A DNA stretch of 64,000 nt from Actinomycetota bacterium (GTDB lineage: Bacteria; Actinomycetota; Acidimicrobiia; IMCC26256; PALSA-610), in assembly GCA_041691275.1 (NCBI GenBank), contig JBEPUZ010000001.1:21400-85399 (forward strand), given 5' to 3'. Of the stretch, positions 9,467 to 19,078 are shown one piece after another. Each line of letters starts with the position of its first letter. Position 1 is the first letter of the stretch. The position numbers and the translations under genes are program-made. The notes beneath the pieces are model-generated. The model was not told where the DNA came from and did not search any database. It saw only the letters and a list, made by a program, of their open reading frames with translations.

Positions 9467-9688
9467 ATGGATCCGACGACCGACATCGAGATCGTGAAGC
9501 TCGTCGTGGAGGCCACCGTGCAGATCGGTGTGATGCTCTACAACGCGTTCAAGACCGGAGACATGTCCGCGCTGCAGAGGCCCGTTCACGAGATCCTTCC
9601 GGAGACCTTGCGCGTCACGCTCGCCAAGCGCGCAGCCGACGCCGAGGCGAAGGCGAAGTTCGGGACGCCGCCCCCCTCCAGCGTCTGA
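9467..9688 (+). CDS. Hypothetical protein
   Basis: AAGGAG RBS, MDPTTDIE. Confidence 0.55.
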   Translation: MDPTTDIEIVKLVVEATVQIGVMLYNAFKTGDMSALQRPVHEILPETLRVTLAKRAADAEAKAKFGTPPPSSV

Positions 9689-9767
9689 TTTCGGGCCGAT
9701 TCCGAGATCGGGCTGGGGTCAATCGACCTCGTTGCGCGGCGAAGGTGCCCCTGCGATGGTGGCGGCC

Positions 9768-10478
9768 ATGAACGAACCGAAGCACCAGTCCAACTCCGAG
9801 ATCCTCGCGATGGTTGCGCGACGCGAGATCACGCCGGTCGAGGCCGCCGACGCCCTGCTTGAGGAGGCGGACCTCGATGTCGAGGCCGACGGTCCCTGGG
9901 CCCGCCTCGGCACAGCTCTCATGCTCGCCGTGCTCTTGATCCTCAGTGCGATGCTCGCGGTCCCGTCGGCCGACGGACAGGCTCCGAGGTGGACTGCGCG
10001 CGACATCCAGATGGAGACGCTCGCCTGCATCCACGAGAACGACTGGGTGGGAGGTCTCGGCGGCACGGCCGACTGCGGCGCGCAGATCCAGGTGATCGAG
10101 AACTCGCGCGACGGGACCGAATCGTTCACGAGTGCGCTGCTGCGGCGCATGCCTCACTTCGCTGCGCGCACCACGAGTCGATCCTGGGTGTGGGATCTGC
10201 GCCCGAACATGATCGCGAATCCGCCTGGCTGGCCGTTCCCTACGCCTGCGATCCACTACCGCGACTCGCTGCACTCGGTCTTCCTGCGCGTGCAGGGCTT
10301 CATGCGCGGCGAAGAAGCGCTCCCGTGTCGACAGGAGCCGATCTCGTGGCTTGGTCGCCGCACGGACGGCCATGTCATCGCGGAGCGGCTCGACTCCGGG
10401 CTCTGGCGTGAGGCCGACTGCGATCGCGGAGGTCCGCGGACTCGAGAAGCATATCTCTACCAGATCGACCCCGATTGA
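9768..10478 (+). CDS. TM-anchored extracytoplasmic protein
   Basis: LMLAVLLILSAMLAV helix followed by a Cys/Trp-containing domain; start uncertain (9756 possible). Confidence 0.55.
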   Translation: MNEPKHQSNSEILAMVARREITPVEAADALLEEADLDVEADGPWARLGTALMLAVLLILSAMLAVPSADGQAPRWTARDIQMETLACIHENDWVGGLGGTADCGAQIQVIENSRDGTESFTSALLRRMPHFAARTTSRSWVWDLRPNMIANPPGWPFPTPAIHYRDSLHSVFLRVQGFMRGEEALPCRQEPISWLGRRTDGHVIAERLDSGLWREADCDRGGPRTREAYLYQIDPD

Positions 10479-10609
10479 TGGACCTCCTCGAAGAGGCCCT
10501 GTACGCGTTTTTCGGGCACCTGCTCGCCCTGTTCTCGGTGATCGCGCTCGTCGTGGCGACCGACTGGGCTCGCGAGACGTTCGGCGGTCGAGCGGAGTAG
10601 TATTCGGTC

Positions 10610-10933
10610 ATGCACTACAAAAACCGCAAGCCGAAGAGCCAGCGCGGTTGTTGCTCGACATGCTCGCGTGCGGAGCGCGTCATCGGCCATCCGACGCCGG
10701 CCTCTGCGCGCGCCGCGATCTCCGGCAGGGACGCGATCACGTCGCACTGTCTGCCGTGGGAGTCGATCGAGGACGCGACGCTCCGGCCGATGCCGGATTC
10801 GTACGGCGACGAGGACTTCGAGGACATCGTCGACCGCTTCATGGGCTGGTTTCCGGGCACGCACGTCGAGCCGGGCAGCCTCGCGCCCGCGATCCGTGCT
10901 CCCGTCCTGCGGCGCCCGATCATCCTCGCCTGA
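10610..10933 (+). CDS. Hypothetical protein with basic CCxxC N-terminus
   Basis: TAGTAT 6 nt upstream of the ATG. Confidence 0.45.
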   Translation: MHYKNRKPKSQRGCCSTCSRAERVIGHPTPASARAAISGRDAITSHCLPWESIEDATLRPMPDSYGDEDFEDIVDRFMGWFPGTHVEPGSLAPAIRAPVLRRPIILA

Positions 10934-10969
10934 AAAGCAAAGGCCGCCACCCCGAAGGGCGACGGCCTT
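10933..10969 (-). terminator. Intrinsic terminator
   Basis: AAGGCCG...CGGCCTT hairpin followed on the minus strand by TTTGCTTTT, between convergent genes. Confidence 0.65.
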
Positions 10970-10987
10970 GGACGAGCTCGACGACGT

Positions 10988-11536
10988 TCAGCGCGAGTGC
11001 GTCGGCGTGATCTCGACCGTGATCTCGACCGCGATCGACGCGGCCGGCGATCCGCCGAGATCGAGGTACACCATCGCCACGGGCAACCCCGTGTTGAGGC
11101 CGAGGCCGGAGGTCGCGGTGTCGAGCAGCCAGGACGCCTGCGGCGCGGCGACGTTGACCGCCGTCCTCGCGGCCGCCGTCACCGGGCGGACCGTGACGCG
11201 AGCGTTCTGGCACCACGTGCGTGCGTTGATGACCTGATCCGTGGCGTTGAACCCGGCGGTCGAGAGGCCGGTGATCGGCGGCATCGGGTGGTCCACCGCG
11301 GGCTGGCAGTCGTCGAACACGCTCAGCGGCAGCTGCTTGCTCAGATCCGTGAGCGCCGTCGCGTCGAACAGGCCGAGCCGGCACGTGCGGTACGCGACGC
11401 CGCCGATCGTGGTGGCGTCGCTCGAGTACGTGGCGTTCGTCTTCGGGTAGGTCGCGATCGCCTCACCGGCGATGAGGGTGCCGTTGAAGACCATGCGTTG
11501 TGCGGAACCGATGGGGCGGGCGGGCTGGATGGCCAT
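10988..11536 (-). CDS. Beta-rich putative virion protein
   Basis: AGGAG RBS; alternating hydrophobic pattern ending AVEITVEITP. Confidence 0.6.
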   Translation of the reverse strand: MAIQPARPIGSAQRMVFNGTLIAGEAIATYPKTNATYSSDATTIGGVAYRTCRLGLFDATALTDLSKQLPLSVFDDCQPAVDHPMPPITGLSTAGFNATDQVINARTWCQNARVTVRPVTAAARTAVNVAAPQASWLLDTATSGLGLNTGLPVAMVYLDLGGSPAASIAVEITVEITPTHSR

Positions 11537-11620
11537 GGAGATCTCCTGTCCGCCAAGGGGTTGGGGCGGCGCAGTTCCCGTCCTAGCACGCCCCGGAGGC
11601 GCCGTGCCCTGCCTCGCGCC

Positions 11621-11794
11621 TCAGCGGCAGACCGCCTTCACGAAGGGCTTGAACCAGCCCTTCTTCACCTTCGGCGACAGGCTCCGGGTCTGCGTCGAGA
11701 TGCACGCCCAGCCGCGGCCGCGGCCCTTCGTCGAGACCTTCCGGGAGCCGGCCGGGCAGCCGCAGGTCTTGCCAACGTTCGCAGCCTTGGTCAC
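11621..11794 (-). CDS. Small Lys/Cys protein (57 aa), paralog of 48250-48402; absent from ORF track
   Basis: VTKAANVGKTCGCPAGSRKVSTKGRGRGWACIS...PFVKAVCR*. Confidence 0.75.
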   Translation of the reverse strand: MTKAANVGKTCGCPAGSRKVSTKGRGRGWACISTQTRSLSPKVKKGWFKPFVKAVCR

Positions 11795-11923
11795 CCAGCG
11801 GTTCTAGCATGTCGAGTCAGTCTCCTTCACGCATCACGATCCACGCGAGGCGGACCGCAGCGAACGCGAAGGAGATCTCGAGCGCCACGAAGAGAATGTC
11901 GACCACGTCGGGGTGGACGAGCG

Positions 11924-12127
11924 TCAGGTCGACTTATTCACCGCGGAGAGCGCCTCGGCGAGCGCCTTGTGGTGGGCGGCCACGGGCTCGCCGAGGAACG
12001 CGCGCGTCGCGAGCTCGATGAGGCGGGTGGGCGGGATCCCCAGTTCGCGCGCCCGGTGCTCGGTGCGCGTCCAGGTGGCGGGTGTCAGACGAACAGTACA
12101 GGTGCGGGTCTTGGACTCGTCGTTCAT
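11924..12127 (-). CDS. Ribbon-helix-helix DNA-binding protein
   Basis: TCTVRLTPATWTRTEHRARELGIPPTRLIELATRAFL. Confidence 0.6.
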   Translation of the reverse strand: MNDESKTRTCTVRLTPATWTRTEHRARELGIPPTRLIELATRAFLGEPVAAHHKALAEALSAVNKST

Positions 12128-12234
12128 CGACGGAAACTGTAGCACGAACGTATGCGAGTCGCGGACGGAAGAGTGCACGGGGCGGCGAAGCGTCGGGGCG
12201 GCGAGGCGTCGGGGCCCCGACGAGGACTGCGACG

Positions 12235-12966
12235 CTACTGCCGGACCGTGACCTGCGTGCCGATGGCGATCTGGACGCCGGGGATCTCGCGCACACCCAG
12301 CGCGATCGCGGCGCGGATCTTCGCCTCGTCCGGGCTGCAGAGCTCGCGCGGGACGAGGTTCGGGTCCACGACCGCGAACTGCATCACCTCGCGCGTCGTG
12401 ATCCCCTGCACCGGCACCGCCGGCGCGATGTTCGAGCTGGCGATGGCGGCCGCGAGCGCGCTGCCCTGCTGCAACGCCGCCTGCGCCTCGAGCGCGGCCT
12501 GCCGGTTCGCCTCGTGGTGCGCGCGCTCGGCGACGCCGATCCCGGCCTTGAGGTGCCGCTCGGCCTCCTCGAGCGCGTCGAGCCCAGGACGGAAGAGATC
12601 TCGAATCCCCTTCTCGGCCTCGCGCAGCGGGCGCGTGATCGCGTCTTGGCGGGACTTCAGGTATTTGGCCTGCGCCTTGACCTTCTTCAGGATGTCGCCG
12701 ACCAGGGCCATGTTCGCCATCGTGATGGGCATGGCCTTGAGCGCTTCGAGATCTCGACGCGCGTTGTCGTTGGCCTGCGTCGCTTCGATGATGGTGTCGT
12801 TGGCGAGAGGCACTGCGTGGGTGTTCTTCATTCGGTCCTCGTACTGGATCAGTTCGTTGTTCGTCTCGACGGTCAGCGGAGAGAGGTGCTCGTCACAGAC
12901 CGAGATCATGCCGTATCGGCCGTGCACCGCGCGGTGAGTCGGTGTCTCGCAGAGGACGCAGATCAT
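12235..12966 (-). CDS. Gp157/Gam-like coiled-coil protein
   Basis: Coiled coil with C-terminal VVDPNLVPRELCSPDEAKIRAAI..GVREIPGV; start uncertain. Confidence 0.55.
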   Translation of the reverse strand: MICVLCETPTHRAVHGRYGMISVCDEHLSPLTVETNNELIQYEDRMKNTHAVPLANDTIIEATQANDNARRDLEALKAMPITMANMALVGDILKKVKAQAKYLKSRQDAITRPLREAEKGIRDLFRPGLDALEEAERHLKAGIGVAERAHHEANRQAALEAQAALQQGSALAAAIASSNIAPAVPVQGITTREVMQFAVVDPNLVPRELCSPDEAKIRAAIALGVREIPGVQIAIGTQVTVRQ

Positions 12967-12979
12967 GGGTCGATCGAGG

Positions 12980-13486
12980 TCACAACGCCCCCATGACCCA
13001 CAACGCGATTCCAGCGGCTTCGAGGACACTGCCTTTCTTCTCCTTCGCCCGGGGGAGACCGGAGAGATCGACGCCCAGGGCCAGGAGCTTCTTCTCGATC
13101 CGGGTCTGCATGATGTCCTTGGGGACGTTGCCCTTCCACGTCCGCGCCGGCACCAGACGCACATCCCCCTCGTCGAGCTTCCCCTCGAGATACGCGAGGT
13201 CGAGCAGATCGTTCTGATCGCCTTTCTGCTGCGGGCCGGAGTAGATGCGCATGTGCTCGATCACGCGCGGGAGCGGGATCGGCTCGGTGAAGCCCGTGGC
13301 CCGGAACGACGCCGGGATGCACGCCGCGATCTGCTTCGCGCGCGTGGCGAGCGACGCGCGGTGATCGGTCGCGGTCGCCAGGCTCAGCTGGTAGATCTGG
13401 CGCGCGACGACGAGGCACCACCCGGTGCCGTTGCCCTTGGCGAAGCCGGGGTCGATCGCGACGAACGTGTGGAGGTCCGGGATCAC
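12980..13486 (-). CDS. RuvC-like Holliday junction resolvase
   Basis: FVAIDPG, VIE, WKG and EAAGIA motifs. Confidence 0.7.
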   Translation of the reverse strand: MIPDLHTFVAIDPGFAKGNGTGWCLVVARQIYQLSLATATDHRASLATRAKQIAACIPASFRATGFTEPIPLPRVIEHMRIYSGPQQKGDQNDLLDLAYLEGKLDEGDVRLVPARTWKGNVPKDIMQTRIEKKLLALGVDLSGLPRAKEKKGSVLEAAGIALWVMGAL

Positions 13487-13833
13487 GGGGTGCGTGCCCG
13501 CTTCGCGGCGCGTGCCTCCATGTACGCCGACACCGCGACGATCGCGACCGCCGTATCCGCCGTATCCGCCGAGAACCCTCCCATGTACGCGCCGCCGAAC
13601 AGCATGGCCGGGAGGATCAGATCGGTGAGGACCACCGGACACTTCGCTGGATCGTCGGCGGCCTCCGGGGGTACACGAGTGACGACACGTGCCGCCCAGA
13701 GAACGCGCTGCGTGTGGGTGACGATGTGGACGGTTCCGTCCACCTGCGGCGTCTCCTCGATGATCTCGCTTCGTAGCGAGGGGGCTCCGCATCCATCGCA
13801 ATGGAGGTAGGTCTTGATGTCTCCAACGGTCAT
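13483..13833 (-). CDS. Hypothetical protein with CxxC
   Basis: MTVGDIKTYLHCDGC, coupled to neighbours. Confidence 0.45.
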   Translation of the reverse strand: MTVGDIKTYLHCDGCGAPSLRSEIIEETPQVDGTVHIVTHTQRVLWAARVVTRVPPEAADDPAKCPVVLTDLILPAMLFGGAYMGGFSADTADTAVAIVAVSAYMEARAAKRARTP

Positions 13834-14774
13834 ACCTTCATCTTCCTTCCGACGATCGACTCGTCCGTGCCTTCGGTGATGTCCAGGCGGCTTCGCTCTC
13901 CTCTCACGGCGTCGAGGTGCACCTCGATGGCCTTGCGGCACGCGGCCCGGATCGCCTCGTCGCTCGGGCGCGCGGTCGGGGCGTTGCCGATCGCCTTCGC
14001 CGGGACCTCGACGAGCGCCGCGCCGGTGAAGCCGCGCAAGATGTTGCCCTCGGCCCCGCCGCCCATCATGGCCGTGGAGATCCGCTCGCTCTCGTCGACG
14101 CGGGCGAGGGCTGCGCCGCCTCCCGACCCGAGTCTCGGTGCGTTGTCGGCCGCGCGCTCGAGCGGGATGTACGCGTCGAGGATCGGATCGCTCTTCTGGT
14201 ACGAGAGCCGCGGCAGATTCGCGACCTGGAACTGCACCGTCCACCCGGCGTAGGTCCCGGGCTCGTAGCCCTGATCGAGGATCTCGATGTCGTAGTCGGT
14301 GACGGGCTCGTCGACGGGCTCGGTGGTGGCCGGGATCTCGCCCGCCGCCACGGCCTCGTCGTAGATCGCGTCGGCGACTCGGTCCATGTCGTACTGCTTG
14401 TTCATCGCCTCGCGCTCGGCTGGCGTGGGCGTGGGTGGGGCGTAGAGCGTCTGCACGTACCGCAGCCCCTCGTCGAGCGTGGCGACCTCGGCTGGGGTGA
14501 GGCGGTTGTCGGTGTGTATAGGCACCGTCGTGTCCTCGCCAACATCGACAGGGTCCACATCGAGTTTCCGCTTCATGCCGGACGAGAGATATAGGTCCTC
14601 CGCCTCGGCTCCGTTTTCCTTGATCAACGCGGAGATGAAGGCATCGAGGCCCTCGTCGTCGATGATCTCGGCGATCGCGTCGGCGTCGCGCTCACCATCG
14701 ACCCAGAGCCGGGCAGGCACCCAGTCGGAGTTGATGGTGCACTCGATCGAGGACTTGATTCTAAACTTGGCCAT
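13830..14774 (-). CDS. Acidic hypothetical protein
   Basis: 314 aa ORF in the replication operon direction. Confidence 0.6.
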   Translation of the reverse strand: MAKFRIKSSIECTINSDWVPARLWVDGERDADAIAEIIDDEGLDAFISALIKENGAEAEDLYLSSGMKRKLDVDPVDVGEDTTVPIHTDNRLTPAEVATLDEGLRYVQTLYAPPTPTPAEREAMNKQYDMDRVADAIYDEAVAAGEIPATTEPVDEPVTDYDIEILDQGYEPGTYAGWTVQFQVANLPRLSYQKSDPILDAYIPLERAADNAPRLGSGGGAALARVDESERISTAMMGGGAEGNILRGFTGAALVEVPAKAIGNAPTARPSDEAIRAACRKAIEVHLDAVRGERSRLDITEGTDESIVGRKMKV

Positions 14775-14817
14775 GGAATCTCTTTCGTTTTTCAGCTTCG
14801 ACGTACGCGGTCAGGGG

Positions 14818-15426
14818 TTATTCACCGGGACTGAGACCGGGACCGAGAAATCGTCGATCTCCCTGCACCGCCAGCCTCGTGTGACGCGGATTGACTCGGA
14901 CCGGGCCTAGCGACCCCAGGCCCAACGCGGCCTCCACCCGACCGCCGAAGTAGAGTAGCCACTGATTGAAAGGCGCGTGCGTCTTCTGGCCGTGGTGCTT
15001 GACTCGGGGCAGCCATACCTCGACGTCGGCCAGGGCTGCGGTTTTTGTCCAGTATCTGTTCCCTGTGCGCACGGGCACCAGAGCTGCGATCTCGTCACCG
15101 TCCTGTGTGGCCTTGGCTAGGAACAACTTGAACAACGGATCGCTATACGGGAAATTGCACCAGACGAGCCCGTGCCCGCTCCACCGGACCTGCAGCCCGT
15201 CCGCGAACACGGTGCGCTGCGCGAACGGGGCGACCGCCGGGTAGTATTCGGGCAGCATAATCGCGGTCGTCGACCGGACAATGCTCTTCGGATTGCTACA
15301 TGGATCGAGGCCGATCGGGCCGAGGACCCGTTCGATCGTGGAGAGGATGTACTCCGGCGTGAAGACCTTGTCGTTGGACTGGCCTTCACCGTTCGCGGAT
15401 CGGACGCGATTCTCTAGCTTGCCCAT
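14818..15426 (-). CDS. Phage N6-adenine DNA methyltransferase (Dam-like)
   Basis: FTP, LDPCS, DGL..W and VWCNFPY (NPPY-like) motifs. Confidence 0.75.
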   Translation of the reverse strand: MGKLENRVRSANGEGQSNDKVFTPEYILSTIERVLGPIGLDPCSNPKSIVRSTTAIMLPEYYPAVAPFAQRTVFADGLQVRWSGHGLVWCNFPYSDPLFKLFLAKATQDGDEIAALVPVRTGNRYWTKTAALADVEVWLPRVKHHGQKTHAPFNQWLLYFGGRVEAALGLGSLGPVRVNPRHTRLAVQGDRRFLGPGLSPGE

Positions 15427-15429
15427 CGA

Positions 15430-15746
15430 TCATCCGACGTCCAGCGTCCCGTGCGGGAGCCGGAGGCACGCATCGCGGATTCGCACCAAGAACTCGATCG
15501 AGCTCTCGAGATCACCCCAGCCGTTGGGGGGATTGAACTTCTCGTACTTGGCCCGATCTCCCTCCATGCTGCGGTCAGGATCGGCGCGACCTCTCGGCCC
15601 TGCTTGCCGTTGAGCTCGAAGAGGGAGATGCCGGCCTCCTTCCAGGCGCCCGACAGATTGTAGGTGTAGTTCCAATCGCCGTGATGACGCGCCTCCGCGC
15701 CGCAATGCCCGCACGACGGGAGGCTCAAGCTGACGTCGTAGCTCAC
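15430..15746 (-). pseudogene. Conserved-looking phage protein split by a frameshift
   Basis: MSYDVSL..NYTYN..ILTAA in one frame continues as MEGDRAKYEKFNPPNGWG..AC in another, near 15567. Confidence 0.5.
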
Positions 15747-15939
15747 TCGAGCAGCTCCCGGAGCACGCGCATCGCGGCCTCGCGCCGCCCCACGTCATCC
15801 GCAGCCGCGCGCAGCTCGACGCGGCGGAGCACAGCTCGCTGAAGCGCCGAGTGGATGTCCTGCGTGAGGTAGTTGGCGTCCTTGACCGGGCCCGGGGGCG
15901 GCACCGGGGATGAGTCGTCGATCGGCTTCATGTCGTCAT

Positions 15940-16233
15940 TCACTCGACCACCATGTAGTCTTCCGCCAACATGTCCGTCTGACTCGCAAGCCACGGGACG
16001 AAGCATGCGTCGACCGTGCGCATGCCGATCCACGGCAAGAGCGAAAGCCTCGCGATGGGGGCCCCGTCCGGATGCTGCGGGACGAACGCGACCGGGTGAG
16101 CGGCGTCCGCGAGCGGCCCGGCGTACCAAGGCTTCGCGGGAACGAGGCCGAGCCACATCTCCTTCCCATTCCAGCCAGCGCGCGAGACGCGCTTGCCCTC
16201 CTTCAACGCGGCGATCGCATCTCCGAAGTTCAC
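15940..16233 (-). CDS. DUF2829 / Tad2-like (Thoeris anti-defence 2) protein
   Basis: NFGDAIAALKEGKRVSRAGWNGKEMWL...PWLASQTDMLAEDY. Confidence 0.8.
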   Translation of the reverse strand: MNFGDAIAALKEGKRVSRAGWNGKEMWLGLVPAKPWYAGPLADAAHPVAFVPQHPDGAPIARLSLLPWIGMRTVDACFVPWLASQTDMLAEDYMVVE

Positions 16234-16267
16234 TTCGCCCTCCGGTTCTCGTCGATGTCTGTGTCGA

Positions 16268-16507
16268 TCATGGCACCCTCCTGTTCCAGAACCACTCGGC
16301 CTTTGCGACTGCGCGATCCTGCTCTGCCTTGTAGGACTCAAGACTGTTCGTCGCATACGTCCTGCACGGCTCTCCGGGACCCCGCGCGCCGCAGAGGCAC
16401 TCGACGGCCATCTCGCCCCCGGGCTCGTCAGGTACGACGCGGGCGTTCGTCTGCCCGCAGAACGGACAGGGCTTGCGGGGCTCGGGCTCGGGTGCGGGCT
16501 CGGTCAT
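16268..16507 (-). CDS. Lar-family restriction alleviation-like Zn-ribbon protein
   Basis: KPCPFCG...VECLCGARGP...WNRR. Confidence 0.65.
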   Translation of the reverse strand: MTEPAPEPEPRKPCPFCGQTNARVVPDEPGGEMAVECLCGARGPGEPCRTYATNSLESYKAEQDRAVAKAEWFWNRRVP

Positions 16508-18618
16508 GCCATCACCACCTTCGGCTCCCAGGCCTTGATCCGGCCATCCTCGCCTCGCACGATGCTGGCTTCTTTCATCCATCTGCGCATCAGGCACGGC
16601 TCCGCGTCGGGCGGCACGTGCGGCAGCCATTCCTGTGCCACTCGGCGCATGATCCCGGCGGCCTCCTGGCTCGCCTCCGAGGCGCGGTCGATCGGAGACT
16701 CCCCGATGGCCTCGTCGTGCACGAAGTCGAGGACGTACGAGCCGTGCAGCGCCGGGTACCGCGTCCCCTGCGAGTCGCGCCCGGTATAGCAGGCACGCTG
16801 GACCTCGTAGACTGCGGCCTTGGCGGTGTCTGCGGCGAGTGCTTGGAAGAGCGAATTCGAGTTTTCTGGGTACGACCCGCCGCCCCTGATCCGATTCGAC
16901 ACCAGCTGCGTGATGTAGCCTTGGCGTTCGGTCGCATGCCGGATGTACTTGAAATACGGTGCGTGCTCGGGGCACATCTGCTGCCACGAGAGACCGTAGG
17001 CGTGCGCCTCTTCGAGCGAGAGAAAGACGTTGTACTTCGGGCCCGCGGCGAAGCGCTGAATGCCCTTGTCCCCCATGCCGCCCGGCTTGCCGAAGACGAA
17101 CGGCTTGCCGCAGTCGCGCGCCTTCTTCGCCTTCGGATCCTTCTTCTTGTTCGCCAGGACCCAGTCGTACTCGAGGCCGAAGATCATCGCGCCCATCATC
17201 GAGTGAACGTCCTTCTTCGCGTTCAGCATCTCTCCGAGCTTGGAGAAGCCGAAGAGATACATGCAGACCTGAGCCCAGGTGCAGAGCTCGAGCTGCCCGT
17301 AGTCGATCGACCAGAGCAGGTATCCGGGACGGGGAATGAAGCTCTCCCTGAGTCCAGGCTCAGTGGAAACGTTCTGAATTTGGAACCCGAACGCCGATCT
17401 ATTCGGCAGATCCTTTTTCTTGAGCTTCCCGCCGCGACACGACGTTCGTCCGGTCTCGAGCAACGTCTCGAAGCGGGCCTGGATCGGCATCTTCGCGCTC
17501 GCAGCGTCCTTGAGCGTCGCGAGCTTCGCCTGCGTCACAAGGATCGAGGACAGCGCCGAGTAGTCCTGAAGCACCCCGTCGCCCGAGTCGCGCGTCGTCT
17601 CCTTCGTGAGCTGCACGCGGCCGTCGTCGGTGCGCGGAACCTGCTCGTCTTCGTCGAGCTCGTCCTCGTCGATCTCATCCTCGGGCGCCGCGCCCTCGCC
17701 CGTCTCGTGCCTCGGGCGATTGCCCCACACGGCCTCGAGCCGGGCGCCGGCGGCCTTCCCGCAGCGCTTCCACACGCCCTTCTTCGTCAGCTCGACGAGG
17801 CCGTGAGCGGCGAGGCCGCGGATGCGATCACCGGCCCGCTGAGCGGCCTCCGTGGCGGCGACGTCTCCAGCCGCCGACGCGCGCACGTACTCGGCGTAGA
17901 TCCCCTGGTACTTCGAGGCGTCCCCCTCGATCAACCGCTTCTTCTCGGCGGCGAGCTCGGCGTCGAGCTTGTCGATCCACTGCGCGTCGAGCGCGAACCC
18001 GCGCGCCGACACGAGCGTGAGCCAGAAGCTCGCGCGGGCCTGCCTCGCCGCGTCGACGAGGTACTCGGGCGGGGCCGTGAGCTGCTCGTGGAGCACCGCG
18101 CGCGTCTCGGCGAGATCGTTGAGCGGGTACTCGCGCGCTTCCTTCGGCCACTGCGAGACCGGCGTGCCGAGCAGCGTGCCGTACCGCAGTCGCCAGCCGT
18201 CGGGGCCCTTCTCCATGCCGCGACCGAAGTAGCGTTTCACGAGATCGGCGAGGTGATAGGTCGCCTTCTTCGGGCCCTCCGGCGTACGCGCCCAGCCGAG
18301 CGTGCCTTGCGCGAGATCGATGAGCTGCGCGTTCAACTGCACGTCGAGCACTCGGAGCTCGTCGTACGCCTGCCAGATCACGTCCGAGAGCTCGGGCATG
18401 TCGGCGAGTGCGACGGAGGTGTCGAACGCGACGAATGCCCCGACAGCATAACCCTCTTGGTAGGTGCGATAGAGCCGGTCACGCACCGCGTCGCGATCGA
18501 AGCGGCAGTGCAGGATCTCGTCCTGTCCGGTGACGTCGGTCACGAGACAGACGGGCGGCGGTGCGAGAGACCCCGGAGAAATGAGGACCGTCTCGAAGTC
18601 GAGGGTGTTGAACTTCAC
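16504..18618 (-). CDS. Family A DNA polymerase with 3'-5' exonuclease domain
   Basis: LDFET exonuclease motif I, TGRTS, QIQN, motif A DYGQLE, motif B R...K...FG, motif C VHDE. Confidence 0.92.
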   Translation of the reverse strand: MKFNTLDFETVLISPGSLAPPPVCLVTDVTGQDEILHCRFDRDAVRDRLYRTYQEGYAVGAFVAFDTSVALADMPELSDVIWQAYDELRVLDVQLNAQLIDLAQGTLGWARTPEGPKKATYHLADLVKRYFGRGMEKGPDGWRLRYGTLLGTPVSQWPKEAREYPLNDLAETRAVLHEQLTAPPEYLVDAARQARASFWLTLVSARGFALDAQWIDKLDAELAAEKKRLIEGDASKYQGIYAEYVRASAAGDVAATEAAQRAGDRIRGLAAHGLVELTKKGVWKRCGKAAGARLEAVWGNRPRHETGEGAAPEDEIDEDELDEDEQVPRTDDGRVQLTKETTRDSGDGVLQDYSALSSILVTQAKLATLKDAASAKMPIQARFETLLETGRTSCRGGKLKKKDLPNRSAFGFQIQNVSTEPGLRESFIPRPGYLLWSIDYGQLELCTWAQVCMYLFGFSKLGEMLNAKKDVHSMMGAMIFGLEYDWVLANKKKDPKAKKARDCGKPFVFGKPGGMGDKGIQRFAAGPKYNVFLSLEEAHAYGLSWQQMCPEHAPYFKYIRHATERQGYITQLVSNRIRGGGSYPENSNSLFQALAADTAKAAVYEVQRACYTGRDSQGTRYPALHGSYVLDFVHDEAIGESPIDRASEASQEAAGIMRRVAQEWLPHVPPDAEPCLMRRWMKEASIVRGEDGRIKAWEPKVVMA

Positions 18619-18623
18619 CGTGG

Positions 18624-19004
18624 CTACGCCGCTCGACCGCCGTGTCGATACTCGCGCTTCTCGTTGTAGGCCATCTTCCGCTCGATGGCGTCCTCGAGAT
18701 CGAGGCCGAGCAGATCGGCGAGATGCATGCACCGGATCACGGTGTCAGCGAGCTCGGTGATCATGCCCTCGGGCTTGCCGTCCTTCTCGTAGTACGAGAG
18801 GTGCCCGTCGCGCAGCGCCTCCATCGCCTCGGCCACCTCGGTGACGACGAGCATGAGCTTGGTGCCTATGGCGTTCGTGTCAGGACCGACCACGGCGGGG
18901 TGATGCTCGCCCGCCTTCACCTCGCACAAGGGCGGCAGATGCCAGCCTTTTCTTGCGCCCCACGCCCCGATCTCCTGCTGCCACGTGCTGATCGATTTCG
19001 TCAT
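18624..19004 (-). CDS. MazG-like NTP pyrophosphohydrolase
   Basis: LVVTEVAEAMEA, ELADTVIR, KMAYNEKR..RHGG. Confidence 0.85.
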   Translation of the reverse strand: MTKSISTWQQEIGAWGARKGWHLPPLCEVKAGEHHPAVVGPDTNAIGTKLMLVVTEVAEAMEALRDGHLSYYEKDGKPEGMITELADTVIRCMHLADLLGLDLEDAIERKMAYNEKREYRHGGRAA

Positions 19005-19078
19005 CCCACACCTCCGTCCCGACCCCGATCACGTCGGCGGCAGGACGGAGGCGCCCGAGTCTCCCCGGGCACCGACGT

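Noticed and set aside
15910-18669. Long antisense or alternative-frame ORFs (also 35408-37465, 40684-42750, 45937-48090, 51804-53933)
   Set aside because: Arg/Gly-rich shadow frames of real genes caused by high GC3, with no recognisable motifs
16504-19004. 2-aminoadenine (dZ) genome system
   Set aside because: PolA and MazG-like genes are present, but no PurZ or DatZ-like gene is seen in the window
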